From Pseudomonadota bacterium (lineage in GTDB: Bacteria; UBA10199; 2-02-FULL-44-16; JAAZCA01), in NCBI GenBank assembly GCA_043798915.1, contig JAZDOG010000040.1, positions 1-29,978 on the forward strand: a stretch of DNA of 29,978 bases, written 5' to 3'. Numbering within the stretch: position 1 is the first letter of the stretch; every line of letters begins with the position of its first letter. The translations under genes were made by a program, and so were the position numbers. Under the pieces are notes generated by a model, which was not told where the DNA came from, did no database searches, and saw only the letters and a program-made list of their open reading frames with translations. Positions 28,435 to 29,978 of this stretch are shown one piece after another.

Positions 28435-29098
28435 ACTGGTGATGGATCTTCTCCGTCGGCTCTCCGCCAAGGGCATCCTCGATCACGTTCTTCTGGTTGG
28501 AAGCTGGTGCGCCCATTTTTATAAGGAATACTTCTCCAAGGTTGAATATCATTCGCTCATTCGGACCCGGGACATCGACTTCCTGCTTCCTGTCAGATTT
28601 CACATGGCAACGCCTGTGGATTTGGAGCAGCTCCTCTCGCCGCTCGGTTTTGAGGTTGAATTCTATGGCAAGGGATACATGAAACTTGAGAGCGATGATC
28701 TGGCTATTGAATTTCTCGCGCCTGAAATCGGGCCTTCCAAGGAAAAACCGCATCCAATGCCAGGACTTCATCTCAATGCACAGCCGCTGCGTCACATGAT
28801 GATGCTGTGGCGCGATCCCGTGGAAGTAAGTGTCGAGGATATTCGCCTGTTGCTGCCGCACCCGGCTGATTATTCTCTGCAGAAACTCGTGGTATCAGGA
28901 AAGCGAAGAGATGCCGGCAAAAGGGCAAAGGACGTTCAATCGGCTAGTTTGGTGATCGATGCACTACTTGAAACAGGCGACGCACATAGCCTGCGCCATG
29001 CATACAAGAACCTCAGCAAGTCAGAGAAAACAACAGTCAGCCGCGCTTTGCGCCTGGCCGGGTATAAACAGCTGGATATTGAATTATCGAAAAAATAA
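28418..29098 (+). CDS. Nucleotidyltransferase-fold protein (Pol-beta superfamily, GSU2403/AbiEii-like), putative toxin
   Basis: VLLVGSW...RTRDIDF (hG[S]-x-DxD), P.PADY.LQKL and KRAKD motifs; GTG start overlapping the upstream gene. Confidence 0.8.
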   Translation: MEIQHKLVMDLLRRLSAKGILDHVLLVGSWCAHFYKEYFSKVEYHSLIRTRDIDFLLPVRFHMATPVDLEQLLSPLGFEVEFYGKGYMKLESDDLAIEFLAPEIGPSKEKPHPMPGLHLNAQPLRHMMMLWRDPVEVSVEDIRLLLPHPADYSLQKLVVSGKRRDAGKRAKDVQSASLVIDALLETGDAHSLRHAYKNLSKSEKTTVSRALRLAGYKQLDIELSKK

Positions 29099-29120
29099 CG
29101 ATCATAGCGCTGACCTTGAG

Positions 29121-29220
29121 TATCATTCTGAGGCATTAGCCCCTGCCTGCCGGCAGGCAGGGAAGAATCCCATGGAGTCCATGTCGGCGGGGGATTCAGA
29201 GCGCAGCTAGGAATTACAAA
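29121..29220. repeat. Degenerate REP-like element interrupted by a perfect 22-bp palindrome
   Basis: tatcattctgaggcattagc[ccctgcctgccggcaggcaggg]aagaatccc...gggattc; palindrome at 29141-29162. Confidence 0.55.
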
Positions 29221-29233
29221 CAAGATTTTTATT

Positions 29234-29590
29234 TCATTCCTTTCCGCCGCGTCTCTTCGCGCGCCGGTGGATGAGCAGCAGCACGCCGCAGACGATCAGG
29301 GCGATCGGCAGAAACGGCAGATCGATCTTCAAGAGCTGCCCCACGCCGGCCGCCACGAATATCGTGCCGATTATGAGCCAGAACATGCTCACGGAGACGC
29401 GGAGAAAGAACCTCACCATTGTCCCGCTGAGCACGATGAGGCCTATGCCGATTGAACCTACGCCGACCGGCAGTGCCTTCTTCGCCAGAATGATTATCCC
29501 CAGCCAGATGAAGAACAGCGTCCAGCCGACGGCATCGAGGGCCACCCCCAGCCTGCTCCGCCTCTGTTCCGTAGTCTCCTCAAGAATCAT
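29234..29590 (-). CDS. Small integral membrane protein (~4 TM, 118 aa)
   Basis: AAGGGG RBS before ATG 29590 (MILEETTEQ...), four hydrophobic segments and a basic C-terminus. The ORF track's extension to 29869 is not supported. Confidence 0.8.
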   Translation of the reverse strand: MILEETTEQRRSRLGVALDAVGWTLFFIWLGIIILAKKALPVGVGSIGIGLIVLSGTMVRFFLRVSVSMFWLIIGTIFVAAGVGQLLKIDLPFLPIALIVCGVLLLIHRRAKRRGGKE

Positions 29591-29692
29591 GGCATCCCCT
29601 TGAGTAGAAATCTGCCAAAAAGCTATCAGATTGACGCTACAGGGACAAACAATTCCTTTTGAATCCCGCCCGCCTTTATATAAGGTCCCTCC

Positions 29693-29978
29693 ATGGCCCG
29701 GACATTCCCCAAAAACGCCGTCCTGATCTCGGTTGCCGTCCATGCCGCCCTCATAGTGCTCATAGCATTCGGAGCCTCTTTCCTTAAGGAGGCCGAGTTT
29801 CAAAGGCCCGGCGACGATGGAGAAAGCGTCGTGGATGTCTGGGTCGAGGGAAGCGACGGAGGCGGGCACACACGCAGCCTGGCTGCTCCCAAAACACTGC
29901 CCGGGAGAACTACTCCTTCAGAGGCTGGGGTGGGGAGCCGCCTCGCAAGCGGCGGGGAGGGGGTTTCCCCCTCCGAGG
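29693..29978 (+). CDS. TonB/TolA-like energy transducer, N-terminal part (runs off window)
   Basis: Open frame MARTFPKNAVLISVAVHAALIVLIAFG... with the SxxxH TM motif, then a Gly/Ser/Pro-rich linker. Absent from the ORF track because it has no stop codon in the window. Confidence 0.65.
   Translation, partial: MARTFPKNAVLISVAVHAALIVLIAFGASFLKEAEFQRPGDDGESVVDVWVEGSDGGGHTRSLAAPKTLPGRTTPSEAGVGSRLASGGEGVSPSE

Larger units (their letters stand above)
27195..29242. mobile_element. Putative ~2-kb integrated islet or remnant (no integrase in window)
   Basis: Bounded by the 45-bp duplication; contains a truncated gene, palindromic sites and a TA-like pair. Confidence 0.55.

Noticed and set aside
27150..29287. 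45-bp duplication as a DGR template/variable repeat pair
   Set aside because: Mismatches are not adenine-specific on either strand, are mostly synonymous, and no reverse transcriptase is present.

Overview
Bacterial chromosomal window from a GC-rich host, possibly a deltaproteobacterium-like lineage (inferred from gene content, low confidence). Left end (160-8657): a lower-GC, tightly coupled cluster. It opens with a Cys-rich U32-family protein carrying C-terminal TPRs, followed by a complete route to prephenate: DAHP synthase without a regulatory domain, aroB, aroD, an aroE-aroK fusion, aroA, aroC and chorismate mutase-prephenate dehydratase. The mutase residues look intact, while several dehydratase and ACT motifs are altered. 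Characterised U32 Fe-S proteins (UbiU/UbiV, RlhA, TrhP) are prephenate-dependent, O2-independent hydroxylases, so the best candidate for a new system is a U32 hydroxylase packaged with its own prephenate supply line. Middle: nfeD-SPFH; a 1.5-kb minus-strand segment (small Cys-rich protein and methyltransferase) bracketed by ~150-bp inverted repeats; pyk; secA; a stand-alone SctV-type type III export gate; tRNA-Glu(CTC); a CHASE2 adenylate cyclase/SH3/M48 peptidase module; a flavoprotein; an OmpR-family two-component system divergent from a repeat-rich secreted protein; and a YajG-like protein. Right end: a ~2-kb islet bounded by a synonymously recoded 45-bp duplication of a membrane-protein gene's 3' end. 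It carries a clan CD-like peptidase remnant and a putative nucleotidyltransferase toxin-antitoxin pair with two inverted-repeat operators. A partial TonB-like gene runs off the end. All calls come from motif reading by eye; no searches were run.
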